Below are positions 1 through 14,077 of a stretch of DNA of 64,000 bases, one piece after another. The notes below the pieces were generated by a model, which was given only the letters and a program-made list of their open reading frames with translations, searched no databases and was not told the origin of the DNA. The position numbers and the translations under genes are program-made. The DNA comes from Octopus vulgaris (lineage: Eukaryota), in the NCBI GenBank assembly GCA_951406725.2, contig OX597817.1:80352001-80416000 (forward strand), in the 5' to 3' direction. How positions within the stretch are numbered: the first letter of the stretch is position 1; the number at the start of each line of letters is the position of its first letter.

Positions 1-277
1 ATAATTATGCTTTTAACAAGGATAATATTCTGTCAAGTACTTGTATAAATTTCTCTCGTACAAAACGGTTTAGAACTTTTAAGAATGACTCAAGATGCAG
101 GAAGATGCAACCTCTGCATCATTAGTGGAAGACAATAGAATCAGTAGAACGCAGAAGAGAATCGTTAAACAAAAACAATCGATAATTTTTTTTCTTAATA
201 AATCTGTAATTGGCTGGGAAGTAGTTTCTTTCATGATCACAAAGACATAATTATAACTGTCGTCCCGAGCACTATGA

Positions 278-286
278 GTATTATTA

Positions 287-353
<67 letters not shown>

Positions 354-367
354 CATCATCATCATCA

Positions 368-412
<45 letters not shown>

Positions 413-461
413 GTTATTATTTTTATTTCATCATAGCATGCTTTCACTTCACTACCGAGCG

Positions 462-530
<69 letters not shown>

Positions 531-557
531 CATTATTATTATTATTATTATTATTAA

Positions 558-588
<31 letters not shown>

Positions 589-830
589 GTTGTTGTTGTT
601 GTTGTTAAGTTCATTTTCATTTTTATCATTATAAAATTCAACATCATCGTTGACGTCATTACCATAATCGTAATCATAATCACCGATGTTGTTGTCGTCG
701 TCTTTACCATTACCATAATTACGATCGGTTCTGTCGTTGTCGAAATCATCATCGTCGTCGTCGTCGTCGTCATCATCGTCATAGCAATGCTAGTGGTCGT
801 CATAGTTACAGTCATTAATGTAATCCTCAT
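278..830. repeat. Compound trinucleotide microsatellite (ATT/ATC/GTT/GTC)n
   Basis: Long perfect (att)n runs grading into (atc)n, (gtt)n and (gtc)n; source of the poly-I/poly-N ORFs. Confidence 0.97.
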
Positions 831-1085
831 CATGAGGACAATTTCCAAAACCCACTCGTACAACACCGACCAACACGAAATACTCATAATCCAACGTGGT
901 TGCTCGATTACCGAAGTAGCAGCGAAATTTAATTCAAATCGTGTTCCCCCTTACCTCCCGAAAGAAATGATAAATAAGGAGACATTGAATGACAGAGTCC
1001 TACATAAAATAGTTAATTTAAAGTTCTTAATGGAAATAATTAAGCAATTAGGGGAAAACAATATCTATTATTATCATTATTATTA

Positions 1086-1493
<408 letters not shown>

Positions 1494-2045
1494 ATTTTAT
1501 CTCAGCTTTTGCTATAACTCTTGTAGTCTTGCATGCGTAGCGGGCTTGATGCCTGAAGCCTACGGTACCATGCTATCTGTTCTTTTCAACTATTTGATAC
1601 TTACCAGATTATTCTGGCCGTGCCAAGGAGGCAAACATTTTGTAACAGTTCTACTGGGCACTCTATTCCAATTTCTTTTATATTCCTCTTGATGCCTTCA
1701 GATACCGTTCCCAAGGAACCAACAATCCCCTTCTTCATCCCCTTTCAACATCCACTTCTCTACCCAAAGTGTTAACATTCGTTTTCTATAGCCCCTTCTT
1801 TTAGGTTCACTTGCATCACTATCCTGTCTTCTCCGTCGGTCCACTTCCTCCTCCTTGCTTTATTATCTGCTGGTGCTTTATTAAGAAAACAGCTGTGGTA
1901 AGTCTGAGTCTGTACTGGACCAGCGAGAGACCTTCACTTAAAGGTCCCGCTTTCTTTTCGATGTTACACTCAGAGTTTCTTCGGAAACTCCTGTCTCTCA
2001 TAAACTGAGGTAAGGTAACGTTCATTGCCATCGCTATCACCACTA
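1494..2045 (-). mobile_element. Internally deleted R4/Dong-clade LINE (N-terminal region fused to RLE C-terminus)
   Basis: Minus strand: RKWTDGEDRIVM / SEPKRRGYRKRMLTLWVEKWM (Dong-type N-terminal region), joined at about 1726 to IVGSLGTVSEGIKRNIKEIGIECPVELLQNVCLLGTARIIW* (C-terminus). The 3' end runs into (TAA)n. Confidence 0.7.
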
Positions 2046-2408
2046 TTATTTTTCGACGTCTGAAAGTTTCAAGCAGCTTTATGGGGGGGGGAGGGGAGTG
2101 ATATTGTATAGTATCAGTACGTTTTGTTATGGGGTTTTGTTTGAGTCTTCTGTTGTATTAGTTTTTATATTGTGTGTTGTTTGTGCAGCGCAGGTTGTGT
2201 TCTTCTGTCGGGTATCGGCCTTCTATGGCAGATGTTGCGGGTTTTGCTCATTTTGTTGGGTATTTTCAGCATGAGTTTATTCTTGTATATTTTTGGCGGT
2301 GTGTTGCATAGTACGTGTGTGTGTGACTCATAAGTCAACTATTTTATACTATTTATGATTATCCGTCCGCCGTTCTTTCTCTTTTGGTTGGTTTTCTTAT
2401 GGGTTCCG

Positions 2409-2479
<71 letters not shown>

Positions 2480-2494
2480 CATTACTTTCATCAA

Positions 2495-2860
2495 CATTTT
2501 CTTTCAATTCTGTTTCTTTTTCTTGCCGGGTGTCTTCCTGACACCTAGGGCACAGTAACGCACTGCATACATTTGCAAGCTATTAAGATATACACACCAG
2601 AAGGGGGAAGAAAGAGAGAAAAAGTAAAAAGTAAAAAATATAAAAGTAAGCAAAGAAAATAAAGGCCAAAAAAAGGAAAGAGAATTTACAGCAACAATGC
2701 TTAACGTACCAGTTAAGACAATCTTTTGCACTTCTTGGACAGGGATCGTTCGTAAGACAAGGATCGTTCTTAAATAATTTTCAGTTCCTTTTTCGATCAT
2801 TCCAAGTGCTCCTACAATTATTGGTATTGTAACTGACTTGGGATTCCATCTTTGCTCCAA
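2495..2860 (-). mobile_element. 5'-truncated R4/Dong-clade LINE (RLE C-terminus plus 3' UTR)
   Basis: ORF 2504-2860 contains QRWNPKSVTIPIIVGALGMIEKGTENYL...VQEVQKIVLTGT, a typical post-RLE C-terminus. Tail is homologous to 1086-1150 and is followed by (TAA)n at 2411-2480. Confidence 0.8.
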
Positions 2861-2949
2861 AAGTCGAAACTAAACAACATATAATAATACCGCACAGTAA
2901 TAGCAAAAAAAAAATGATTATTATTATTATCAATATTATTATTATCATT

Positions 2950-3052
2950 CGCCGAGGTTGACATTGCCTTTCACCTTTTCGGGGTCGATAAAATGACTAC
3001 CAGTTGAACTACCAAAAATTTGCTATCCTTGTGGCAAAATTTGAAACCGTTA
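2950..3052 (+). mobile_element. SINE family A, 5'-truncated copy
   Basis: gccgaggttgacattgcctttcaccttttcggggtcgataaaat matches the core of the full copies, e.g. 60514-60744. Confidence 0.75.
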
Positions 3053-4220
3053 TTGTTGTTGTTGGTATTTTGCTAAAATATATTTTTAGTGAAATGGGGC
3101 GTCAAAAATGTCTCGTAACAGAATCTGTAGTTCATATGCTGTGGCCAGCAATACGTGTTATGTCTAATAAATAAGACACTTAATCCCCAAGTTCATTTCA
3201 TCTGGTTGCAAATATAGATACGGGGTGGTTCAATGGTGTATTGACCATTCACAGTGTAAAATATAACTAGAACACGTTGATCCGAGTTATGCATTCAATG
3301 CAGTTGATCGCCCATTTGTGAATACTTCCAATCCAAATTTGATAAATTAAGTAATTGATTTTATCATCAGAAAAACAAACTAATCAACGTTACAATGCTT
3401 TGTTTTCCATTTTTATATTTCCTTTAATTTTAAATCAATTATATATCTATTATACTGTGCTATTATGAATTAGATATATATTTTTTCTAAATCCCATATT
3501 TTGCCTATCTTTGAAATAGAATAAACACCCATTATATGAGCAAATAAATTTCACTGCAAACTACTTTCCTCTTCTTCACTAGAGCACTGACAAATAGATA
3601 CTTAAATTCGTCTTTTAATATAATTCATGTTTTTAACAAACCATTTGTTATTCCTAAATAATTGCCACAAAACTTGTGTTCCCTTCATCAAATCAGAATC
3701 AACAGAAATGCTATTAATGATTAAATAATAATTTGGATGATTCCAGATTACACGAATGGCTTAACAGAAATTCATGTTAATTTTTCTATGACGTTTAGCA
3801 TGAGGGTTTTCACTAGTTCTTTTTCTTTTCTCTATATGTTGTTTTATTTTTCCGAAACCTAATGAGATGAAATATTATTCACATAAATCATAGCAAAGAA
3901 ATGTTGAAAATATTACTTTTGTATGAAAAATAACTAGAAAGATTTCTATTGAAAGGCGAAAGAAAATAAGATGTTATTTCCTTCATACTGTCCTAATATG
4001 ACATTAACAGCAATATAATGATAGTAACTAACTGTAATCAGTAATACATATTAATCGAATGACTCATCTTGCAAAAATCTTTCTTTAACTCTATGGCACA
4101 CATCACGAGTATCTTTTGTTTAAGCTCAAAGATACAGAGATTCACAAATTTTCCAGAATAAAAAGTATCAGTAATTGGGTCTATGTAGTCCAAAAACTAG
4201 CATTTCGGAGAAATTAGAAG

Positions 4221-4285
<65 letters not shown>

Positions 4286-4379
4286 AAAATTAGAGTCGTA
4301 TAGTCGACAACTAAACTTGACTAAGGGTTATATATATATATATATATATAGTGTGTGTGTGTGTGTGTGTGTGCGTGTG

Positions 4380-4541
4380 TAAGAAATTGGGATGACAAAG
4401 GAAATAATCGAGTACGTCATGAACATCTTTAATTTACAGTTGTTTCTGCTATGAGCTCATTGCACCTTATAGCAGAAACAGCCGTAAACTAATGAAGTTT
4501 ATAACATAATTGACTATTTCCTTTGTCATCCCAGTTTCTTA
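4380..4541. repeat. Imperfect palindrome (about 80-bp arms), probable inverted Penelope-type tail with a broken hammerhead core
   Basis: taagaaattgggatgacaaaggaaata pairs with tatttcctttgtcatcccagtttctta. The centre on + reads ATGA-gctcattgcaccttatagca-GAAA-cagccg-TA. Confidence 0.7.
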
Positions 4542-4639
4542 TAATCCTATGTACTCGATTGATATTTCGTACTGAAGGTTATAACGAGTTCTAACACCAG
4601 GCTGATAGTATCGCAATGACTAAGTGATAGATATATTTA

Positions 4640-4690
<51 letters not shown>

Positions 4691-4692
<2 letters not shown>

Positions 4693-4910
4693 TTCTTTAC
4701 TACCCACAAGGGGCTAATTATTGAGGGGACAAACAAAGACAGACAAACGGATTAAGTCGATTACATCGACCCCAGTGCGTAACTGGTACTTTATTTATCG
4801 ACCCCGAAAGGATGAAAGGCAAAGTCGACCTCAGCGGAATTTGAACTCAGAATGTAACAGCAGACGAAATACGGCTACACATTTCGCCCGGCGTGCTAAC
4901 GTTTCTGCCA

Positions 4911-4912
<2 letters not shown>
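4691..4912 (-). mobile_element. tRNA-derived SINE family A, near full length, tail type 1
   Basis: Reverse complement has the pol III-like head (gctggcagaaacgttagc...gagttcaaattcc), the core cctttcatcctttcggggtcgataaa, and the tail ...agccccttgtgggtagtaaagaaat. Confidence 0.9.
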
Positions 4913-4967
<55 letters not shown>

Positions 4968-4969
<2 letters not shown>

Positions 4970-5805
4970 TTTCTCTATATAAACGGCAGTTTGTCTGTCT
5001 GTGTATCTGTGTGTCTGTCAGGTTGTACCCTCACCCTAACTACGGCTTTCAACCGATTCTGATGAAACTTGACACACACATAGCCCAATATCATAATTCA
5101 AAACTAACGCAGCGAAAATTTTAAAAAGTTTCCCCAGTTCTGAAAATAATCGATAAATTCGACATGGGGTCGAGATTCTAAGCTTTTATATGCAACACAT
5201 TTTCTGTTGTAGTTTTCGCAACTTGCAATCGATTTTCACCAAACTCATGGTGAAGCTTAATGTTACCCTAAGAAACTTAATTCTGACGTTAGTTTTCCAT
5301 GCAATAACTTACCATTAGAAAGAATCGATAAAATCATGCCATTTTGGGAAATCGCGTTCAAATTCAAGATGACATATTTTCGACAATATCTTTCAAAAAT
5401 TGGCAGGAATTTTTTTTTTAATTCACAGCGAGCATCATGTCTGCTCCAAGGAGCTATATGGCCCTTTTTATTCCAATAGGATACTTTATTACTGGAAAAA
5501 ATCGGTTAATTAAATCATATGTGGCACACATAGCAAACCGATTTGTGTATTAAACACAAACCACAGACTGTCTAGGGGACGCAACTCGACCTTTTTAACT
5601 CTCTTGGGAAGCGCAATGATGTTTTCATGTTTTCGCCCAAAGAGACAGCTAGGAACATCGTATACACAGAAGTATTCGAGTGAAGAGAAGACATTGCAGC
5701 CTACACATGCGCCTTCGTTCCCTAGAGAGAAAGGACTAGATTGGGATTAGTCGTTGCCTACTAGGGGCTCTTACATACCCGGGCAACGCCGGGCTATGCT
5801 GCTAG
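4968..5805 (+). mobile_element. Non-autonomous Helitron
   Basis: 5' TC(tttctctatataaa), a (ctgt)n tract near the 5' end, 3' hairpin CCCGG-gcaacg-CCGGG (5778-5793) ending 8 nt before a terminal CTAG|T, inserted in (TA)n. Confidence 0.85.
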
Positions 5806-5828
5806 TATATATATATATATATATATAT

Positions 5829-5990
5829 TACTTGTTTCAGTCATTTGACTGTGGCCATGCTGGAGCACCGCATTCGAGCAAATCGACCCCAGGACTTATT
5901 CTTTGTAAGCCTAGTACTTATTCTATCGGTCTCTTTTGCCGAACCGCTAAGTTACGGGGACGTAAATACACCAGCATCGGTTGTCAATCG
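5829..5990 (-). mobile_element. SINE family B, 3' half
   Basis: tacttgtttcagtcatttgactgtggccatgctggagcaccg...gaaccgctaagttacggggacg, shared with 40340-40770. Confidence 0.88.
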
Positions 5991-6779
5991 ATGTCTGCGG
6001 CAGACTTTGAACGAACGTAAATTAGGGCGAAATGTGTCTATGATTTTAGTGCAACTGGATAACGATTCTGTCAACTCACTAATTTATGAACCTATAGATA
6101 ACAGCATGCAAATATTAAGCTGAAAAGCCCTTTTGACTATCAAAAGTCGAAGGTACCCTTGTAACGCGAACCCACAGATCCTATAATCATGATTAAAGCA
6201 TCCCTTCTAATTCCTTTATATATTTGAGAAACATTATTCTTACCAGCAAAAATGTGTGTGCATGTGTGCGTGTGTGTATGTATATATCTATATATGTATA
6301 AGTATATATGTATACATGTGTTTGCATATGTGTGTGTGTACATATGTACATATATATGTACAGCTTCGAGATAACTGTCAACACTTGTAAATTGTAAAAA
6401 TAAAATCGATTAAACTCCACTTTAAGGTGTTGTTTAATTCTTCAAATTAATGTTCGACGGTTTGTATATAAAACTATGCAAAAGGAACCGAACACACACA
6501 CACATATCCACCTATACACGCAAGTATGTATGTGTGTACATATTGTATGTATATGTACGTGAGTGTGTGAGTATGTGTGTGCACGTGTGCTTGTGAGTGT
6601 ATGTATATACGTATGCAAATATTAATATGTATATGTAATGTATATGTTTTTACATCCCTACGTATAGATGTAATATAAATATAAATAGGAATGTCTATAC
6701 ACATAGATTTTCACGAATATGTATATTTATATAATTCTATGATCCTGTCTGTGGGGATGCTTGTACATAGATACGTACT

Positions 6780-7045
<266 letters not shown>

Positions 7046-7156
7046 ACCATGCACACATACATACATTTTATAATGACAGAGACAGAGATAGATAGATTGA
7101 CAGAGAAAGAGAGAGAGAGAATGTGAGAGAGAGAGAATGTGAGAGAGAGAGAATGT

Positions 7157-7187
<31 letters not shown>

Positions 7188-7724
7188 GATATATATTGGT
7201 ACGTGTGTAAGTGGGGGTATGTGCCTGTGAACGTGTGAGCTTGTATCTTGTATATTTATTGTATACTTTCGAAAGCATTGCTAGATCTAGTAATGTTGTT
7301 TTCACATAAAACCTTTTGAATGGAGGACAAGGAGCATTATTTTCCTGTAGAAGTATCAAGTCATAAAGTGAAAATACAGGAGCTAATTCTTATACAATAA
7401 ATATTTTTACAATGTGTATTTACGCAGAATCCAATTGAAATAATCTAAACGTAAATTTCAATTATATTATGTATAAACTAGATTTCTTTGATCTTTTACT
7501 AGAATGTTCCAAGGATTTCAACATTGAGATATTCTCATGAGTTTGAAAATATTAAAGTCTTCACAAATTTTTTTTTTTTAAATAAGGCTTTTTTAAATAA
7601 AAATGTTGGCAAAATAAGAGAATTGTTAGAGAGAAAAAAACAGAAACAAGCATCAAGAGAACATAAAAAGATGAGACAATATCAGATCAGAAACAAGACT
7701 AAAACACATTTAAAACAAATTTAA

Positions 7725-7759
<35 letters not shown>

Positions 7760-7901
7760 TGTATGTATGTATGTATGTATGTATGTACTATATATATATG
7801 TATATACGTATTTATGTATGTACGTATGTATGGAGAGATAGATAGATAGATAGATAGATATGTGTGGGGTAGGTGTATGTGTGTATACATATATATATAT
7901 G

Positions 7902-7969
<68 letters not shown>

Positions 7970-8596
7970 GCATATATGGTATGTGTATATCGATACATAT
8001 ATACATAAATATATACATACGTAAAATATGTCTATATACGAACTTATGTATCTATGCTCTTAGAACTTATATACATACATATGTATCCATGTGTTTGTAT
8101 ATATATATTCATGTATGTATGCAAGTATGTATGTATGTATTTATGTATGTATACTTATGTATTTACGCACATATCTATGTAAGTATTTATTTATTTTCCT
8201 ATATTACTACGAAAGAAGAGACATTACAAAAGTGAATTTTGAACAGAATTACTACCGGTAATTTTGAAAATTCTATTGGTAATTTTACGAAATGGTAAGT
8301 ATTTGAGGAATAATGTTTCTGATACAAATCTTTTGATATTACACTGTATTGCTTGTTTCTCTTATGGCTTGTTTTCTTTATTGCGAATGAAACTATGAAC
8401 TTTCTTTATTTTTGTGTAATACAATTTATCTTTTGCTTTACCCAGTCTACTTTGAAATAATCACTTTATTGTGAAGTGAGATGTATAATGTATAATGCTC
8501 TGTTTATATGTGTATGTATACACACACACACACAAATAGGTAGATAGATAGGTAGATAGACAGACAGACATATACTCATAGACAATAAAAGAATAC

Positions 8597-8636
<40 letters not shown>

Positions 8637-8745
8637 ATATACTGAGATGTGTGCGTATACATATACTTAATGACTTATATAAAAATACACATATATATTC
8701 ATGTGTGTGTGCGTGCGTGTGTCTGTGTCAGTGCATAGGTATATG

Positions 8746-8810
<65 letters not shown>

Positions 8811-11602
8811 GTGAATGTTCGTATTTCTGTAATTGTTAGAGATATGAACATTTTATATTGAAAGTGCATTTCATATGTTATGTCTTTGATAAATCACTGA
8901 ATTTGTCAGGGGAGAATATGCTGACCTTAACATATTTTGGTTCACAGTGTTATTCTGATATGACCTCAACATACCGTGGCTGTACTCATACAAATACTCA
9001 TACGCATAATGAAATACAAGTAAATAAATAAATACATGAAATTCATGTAAATAAATGAATGTGTGTGTGTGTTATACTTGTAGAGTAAAAATTTATACAA
9101 AACAAGAACACGCTCTAAACTGTATGTATTGAATAAATTTAATATATATCACAGATATCATACATATGTATGTGTGTGTATGCATGTGTGCATAAATATA
9201 TATAACTGTGTATATGTAAATTATACATACACACATATCAATTTATCTGTCTGTCTATATGCATACATGTATGTATGTATGTATGTATGTATGTATGTAT
9301 GTATGTATGTATGTATGTATGTATGTATGTATGTGTGTGTGTATGTATGTATGTATGCATGCATACATGCATGCATGTATGTATGTATGTATGTATGTAT
9401 GTATGTATGTATGTATGTATGTATTAATATGTATAAACATATTCACACACATATGTTGCCAGTCTGCTTTTTACGTAAAATTTGTCTAATATCATGAAAA
9501 TAAACAATGAAATATTCTGACGTATCAGCAAAATTTTTGTTTAAACTTAAGAATAAATATCATCAAAGATTTCCTAAATTTAATTTCTTTTTTTTTTTGT
9601 TTCCGGACAATTCATAGGTATAAGATTTTTGATAGCAGTACAATAAAGGTAAGCTATTCATGACAATGTGAATGGATGAGCGATAGGCTAATAGGCGACA
9701 AGAAGAAAGGGTTAACCATACTGTGGCTGTCATTGCAATACTAGAATTCCACAGGAGCGGAATTATTTGTCGCACCAAGCATAGATTGCATTGATGCTTC
9801 GAATGATATAGCTGATTTCATACTTTTTGATTTCCAATCGAAGAAAACAATCATGTCATATTTTGCTTAAGCATGATTTTAAAATCTTTTATATAATTTT
9901 AACACAATAATCTATGATTTATCATGTTTTATTATTGATAGTTCGCGTACAATGAAATTAGAATTATGAATGACATGTGTTTCGAGTTACTAAAGCATTA
10001 TTATGCATTTTCTGAATCATTAGATTATACTTGTATACGTATTGACGTACCGCCTGAAATTGTGTATTTAAACATAGAGCGGCATGTTGGCAGAATTGTT
10101 AGAATAACAGTAAAATACTTTGGTGTGTTTCCAACTCAAAGTAATTGTGGGAAGAAGCCATCTCCTTCATTCAAAATTGCTAGTAAAATTGCTATTATAA
10201 GCATATAATATCGATAATCCATTGGCGAACAATATAGATAATCCATTACAGCCATTGGATTAGTAAGTCATGAGTTTGCAGGACAAATTTTAAATAAAAA
10301 CCTGACTACTGTCTTCAAACCTACTTATGAGTCGACAAAATCTCTTTACCTATTTTAAAGAATGCTTGCGTTGCACCTCAACTCATGTGATCACAGTCAG
10401 AATGGGATAATATTTTCCTAATGATACTGCTAATGGTTATAATTCATTTCAATGATTAACATTTTAAGGATTTCCATAAGACTAATCAATATACAAATTA
10501 ATGAAAATTTTCTGTAATATTGATGAACTCCATTGACAAAAGACGAACTGATCAAAATCGAATCTTATTATAGAATTACTAAGTATTTCTAAACTTATTA
10601 GAGTCCCGGGATTATTTTAAGTGAAAAAGAAGCAGATTGTAGACTCAAGCATGAATATGTAGCTGATGTGATCGTTTTGCAATCCAGTTGTGTTTTGCTA
10701 TAGTATTACTTTGTGAAGTGTTGATGTGTTTACGGAGACACATGAGCGCTATTACAAATATTCAGACAAAATCTCCAGATAAACCACATTTTATAGATTC
10801 ATCTCTCGGGTCCCAGTCTTTCCAGGTGGTCATCCCAAACATAGTGGGCATTCCTCTTTCGTCTTCCTACTGTGCCATTAAAAGCATTTATCCATGATAC
10901 CGAACCGAGACTAACAGAAGTTCAACGTTTTATAGATTTTCTTATTTCAATTATGTTGCACAAATATTTATTGATGTTCCTATTACAGTTTCATTATGTT
11001 AGAATGTTCCTGGAGTTTGTGCTCCATATTTTAGTATATTTGAAGTATCTCAATCGAACTTATATTATTTCATTAACAATTTCGGTTATGGTTTTTACGT
11101 TCTTCCAAATTATATTTTGTTTAAAGATTGGCTACTAGACTTATTTCATTGGTTTAATAGACGTCGAATGTCTTCGATTGCCTTTTATAGTTAAGGTAGT
11201 CGAATACCTAACACAGGAGGTATAATAATACATAGAATCTATTAGGCAATTATGAACAAACACTGCCCCAGTGGGGCAATAGCTTCTTTGACTGAGCAAC
11301 AAGCCACCAGCCTCTGCAGAACCATTTGGGTGGAGGTCTGGGAATCCTATGGCTATCGATGCTCAACGACATGCTGAAGCAACGGTATCTGAAAAAGTCT
11401 CTGGATATTAAGAAGATGTGACCACTGCTTGTGACTCAGGTATTACCATCTCTCCTACAATAAATCGCAACCTTGACTTTAGCGATGACAAAGATCTGGC
11501 GTCATGCATTAGGAAAATGTTGTAAGAGAGTTAAAGCTTTCTATCGTTCGAGAAGTGATGCTAGTTTTATGTCATCCCTCATATTCTATGCATTGGTAAT
11601 AT

Positions 11603-11820
11603 GGTGACGAGCTGGTAGAGTTGTTTCAGCGTAAGAAAAAAAATTGTGGTATTTATTCCGGTTTATTACATACTGAGTACAAATTCTGAAGAGGACAACT
11701 TCACCAGTCATCTTTGCAGAAAGGGTAAAATAAAGTACTAATCAAATGCTGAGATGAAGTGCATCAGCGGGCCACCCTTACTCTAAAATTTTCTGTCCTT
11801 GTGCATATATTAGTAACAAT
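11603..11820 (+). mobile_element. SINE family A, old degenerate copy
   Basis: ggtgacgagctggtagag...tgagtacaaattc...aaataaagtacta...ccttgtgc shows recognisable head, core and tail. Confidence 0.6.
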
Positions 11821-11865
11821 TATTAACAACAGTCGGGTATTACGTAACCTGTTTTGTGTGTATGA

Positions 11866-14077
11866 CTAAGCAATATATCACGGCATTACCCTGGCGTTAT
11901 GACCTAAATCCACATTGTATTATTTGTTTCTTTCTTATGAGCAGAATCGACACACGAGGAGTGTGAAGTAAACAACTCTTGTTTATAAAAATGTTTTTTG
12001 GTCATTTTGTGATGACCAATGCTGAAATTGTTGACCCCCAAGTCATATAGAATGGCAGCTTAGATTAGAATGAAATCCTAACATTGCCCTCAAAACTAGA
12101 CTTACGGATGTAAAGAACTGGATGACGTATGAGGACGTAGAGGTATCCGAAAGTAGGGTACATGAAAAGATACCTCGAGAGCATGCGACATATAGTTGTC
12201 CATGAAAAAAGCAGGATATTTGTAAATTGAGACAAACAATTTTTAAATTTTGACCCTTGGCCTCGTTGATTGTCTTAGCAAAGCACAACCGCACTGGTAA
12301 CTGGAGGCGTTTGAATTAAAATGGCTCATTTGAGGGAATAAGGGGCGTGCGTGGAATGTATGCGATCTCTCCTCAATGGCAGCCAGCAAAAATGGTTGCT
12401 TCTAGGACATGTCTTGTCAGTATAGTTAAAGTCAATATTGTACCATTGCATAGTCGTGGTGGGTCCAAATTCCTCAAGAGCATGATAGGTGCATCTTTCT
12501 CTAGGAACGACTGATGAGTTGAGAAATTCAGCTGGATACTGAAGAGCGGCATGTTCGTCGATGGTAGTATTAATGGAGACAAACGTTAAAGCATCTCCAG
12601 GTAGAATGTGAAGGAGTTCATGGTTTACTTTATCAACGCTTTCATTCCAAGGTGTTAAAATAGGTCTCTCTGCGAACCATGCTATGTTTTTGAAGTTGTC
12701 ATGCAATGTGGGAAATACTTTTCCTTTAAGCTCAGCCAATGTAGACAACATGTACCCACATAGCAGTACATGCTGTTGCAGGGTGTTATTCAACGGTAAG
12801 GTACCATTTCCAATTTGTAGAAGTTGATGAGGTAATTTCTCAGCTAAGGGTTCGTTGTAGAGATGAGCTCGCATATTCTTGCTTAATGAAAACTGACGAA
12901 CAAACCTTCACACAGGTGAAAACACATAGAACTCGTCAGCTCGCGTGCTCCTTTGTATGACTGGTAATATTTGACGGAAATCCCCTGCTGGGACAACAGT
13001 TATGCCTCCCTCATAACAACAGTACTGTTTCTAATATTCCTTAGTGACCTAACTAGGACTTCTAGTGTACTACGGTATGCCATCGAGCATTCATCCCAGA
13101 CAATAAGTGTAGTTTAAGGCAGAACTTCCGCATTCTGTTAGCTGATGTATAGCGGAGTGGATAACTGGTGTAATGGAAGTTATTGTATGTCCAGAAGTGA
13201 AGCGGGTGGGGAGATACAATTTGCATGAAAGTGATTTATGTTCTTAAGAAGGATCACGAACTATGTACTGTTTCATCGAATATAAAGGGGTTAATATGAT
13301 TTTGCATAGAATTCACGTTTTCAAAATTAATATTTCTCTCCTCCCCACCGAAATTTCCTAATTTTTAACTGTTTTTCGAATTTTGATTTTTATCCACGCG
13401 AAAAAGTACAGAGAATATGAATGTGGGAAATATAATTTGTTTTTGAAAGTTTAATTTTTCTGAAAGAAATACTGAATGCTCCTTCACCCACCAGCTACCC
13501 GCTTTCGGACGAAATGCAAATCTGTATAGAAAACATAGGAATGTGAGTAAATTAAGGAAATAAATAGGTGGGGTATGTAAATGTCATCTCGGACATGCTA
13601 GAAACAACAGGTAAAGAACATGATATCTGAGATAACTTCCTTGTAAGTTTAAATGGAAGATCAGGTTTTGAAATACGCTCATCACAAACAAGAACAACAG
13701 AATAGGAAAAATTAATTTCCATAAGATTTTAGCTGTAATTTTGCGCATAGCAAAAAAATAACATAATTCATTCAAGGTGAAGGTGTGTGTCGTGATGATG
13801 GATGTCTTTTAATGTACATAATCATATAGAAAATGTGAGGTCATCGTCGTCGTCGTCGTCGTCGTATAAAACGTTTACGATAGTTGACTCATGGAAAAGA
13901 TTATAAAGTTAAATTTTTGTAATGCAAATATGTGAAGGAAACTAAAATTCAGCTGGTAGTAGAAATAGTACTGAATCTTTTGATCCCCTATACATCAAAA
14001 TCGGTAACTTGGAATGCATGAGGAACATAGGCACACATTCATACACACACATACAATCACTCTTTTATAGATAAAGA
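11866..14077 (-). mobile_element. Internally deleted Helitron carrying a RepHel helicase remnant
   Basis: Minus-strand 5' end A|TCtttatctataaaagag at 14077. Degenerate 3' hairpin plus CTTAG|T (ccagggtaatgccgtg...gcttagt) at about 11866-11893. Helicase motifs lie inside. Confidence 0.75.
12170..13110 (-). pseudogene. Helitron Pif1-like SF1 helicase C-terminal half, frameshifted
   Basis: Motifs IVWDECSM (Walker B), GDFRQILPV, LSKNMR, ERPILTPWNESVDKVN, YPAEFLNS, PIMLLRNLDPPRLCNGT, FAKTINEAKGQ and HGQLYVACSR are spread over several frames with stops. Confidence 0.92.

Noticed and set aside
3330-3375. CTGATGA on the minus strand followed by a hairpin
   Set aside because: No GAAA or NUH in register; AT-rich chance match.
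5057-5072. ctgatgaaac resembling a hammerhead core
   Set aside because: No stem II; it is the common Helitron internal motif accgatt.tgatgaaa.
10790-11510. Possible RTE fragments (GRRKR on minus; NLDFSDD on plus)
   Set aside because: Motifs are too short and isolated to support a call.
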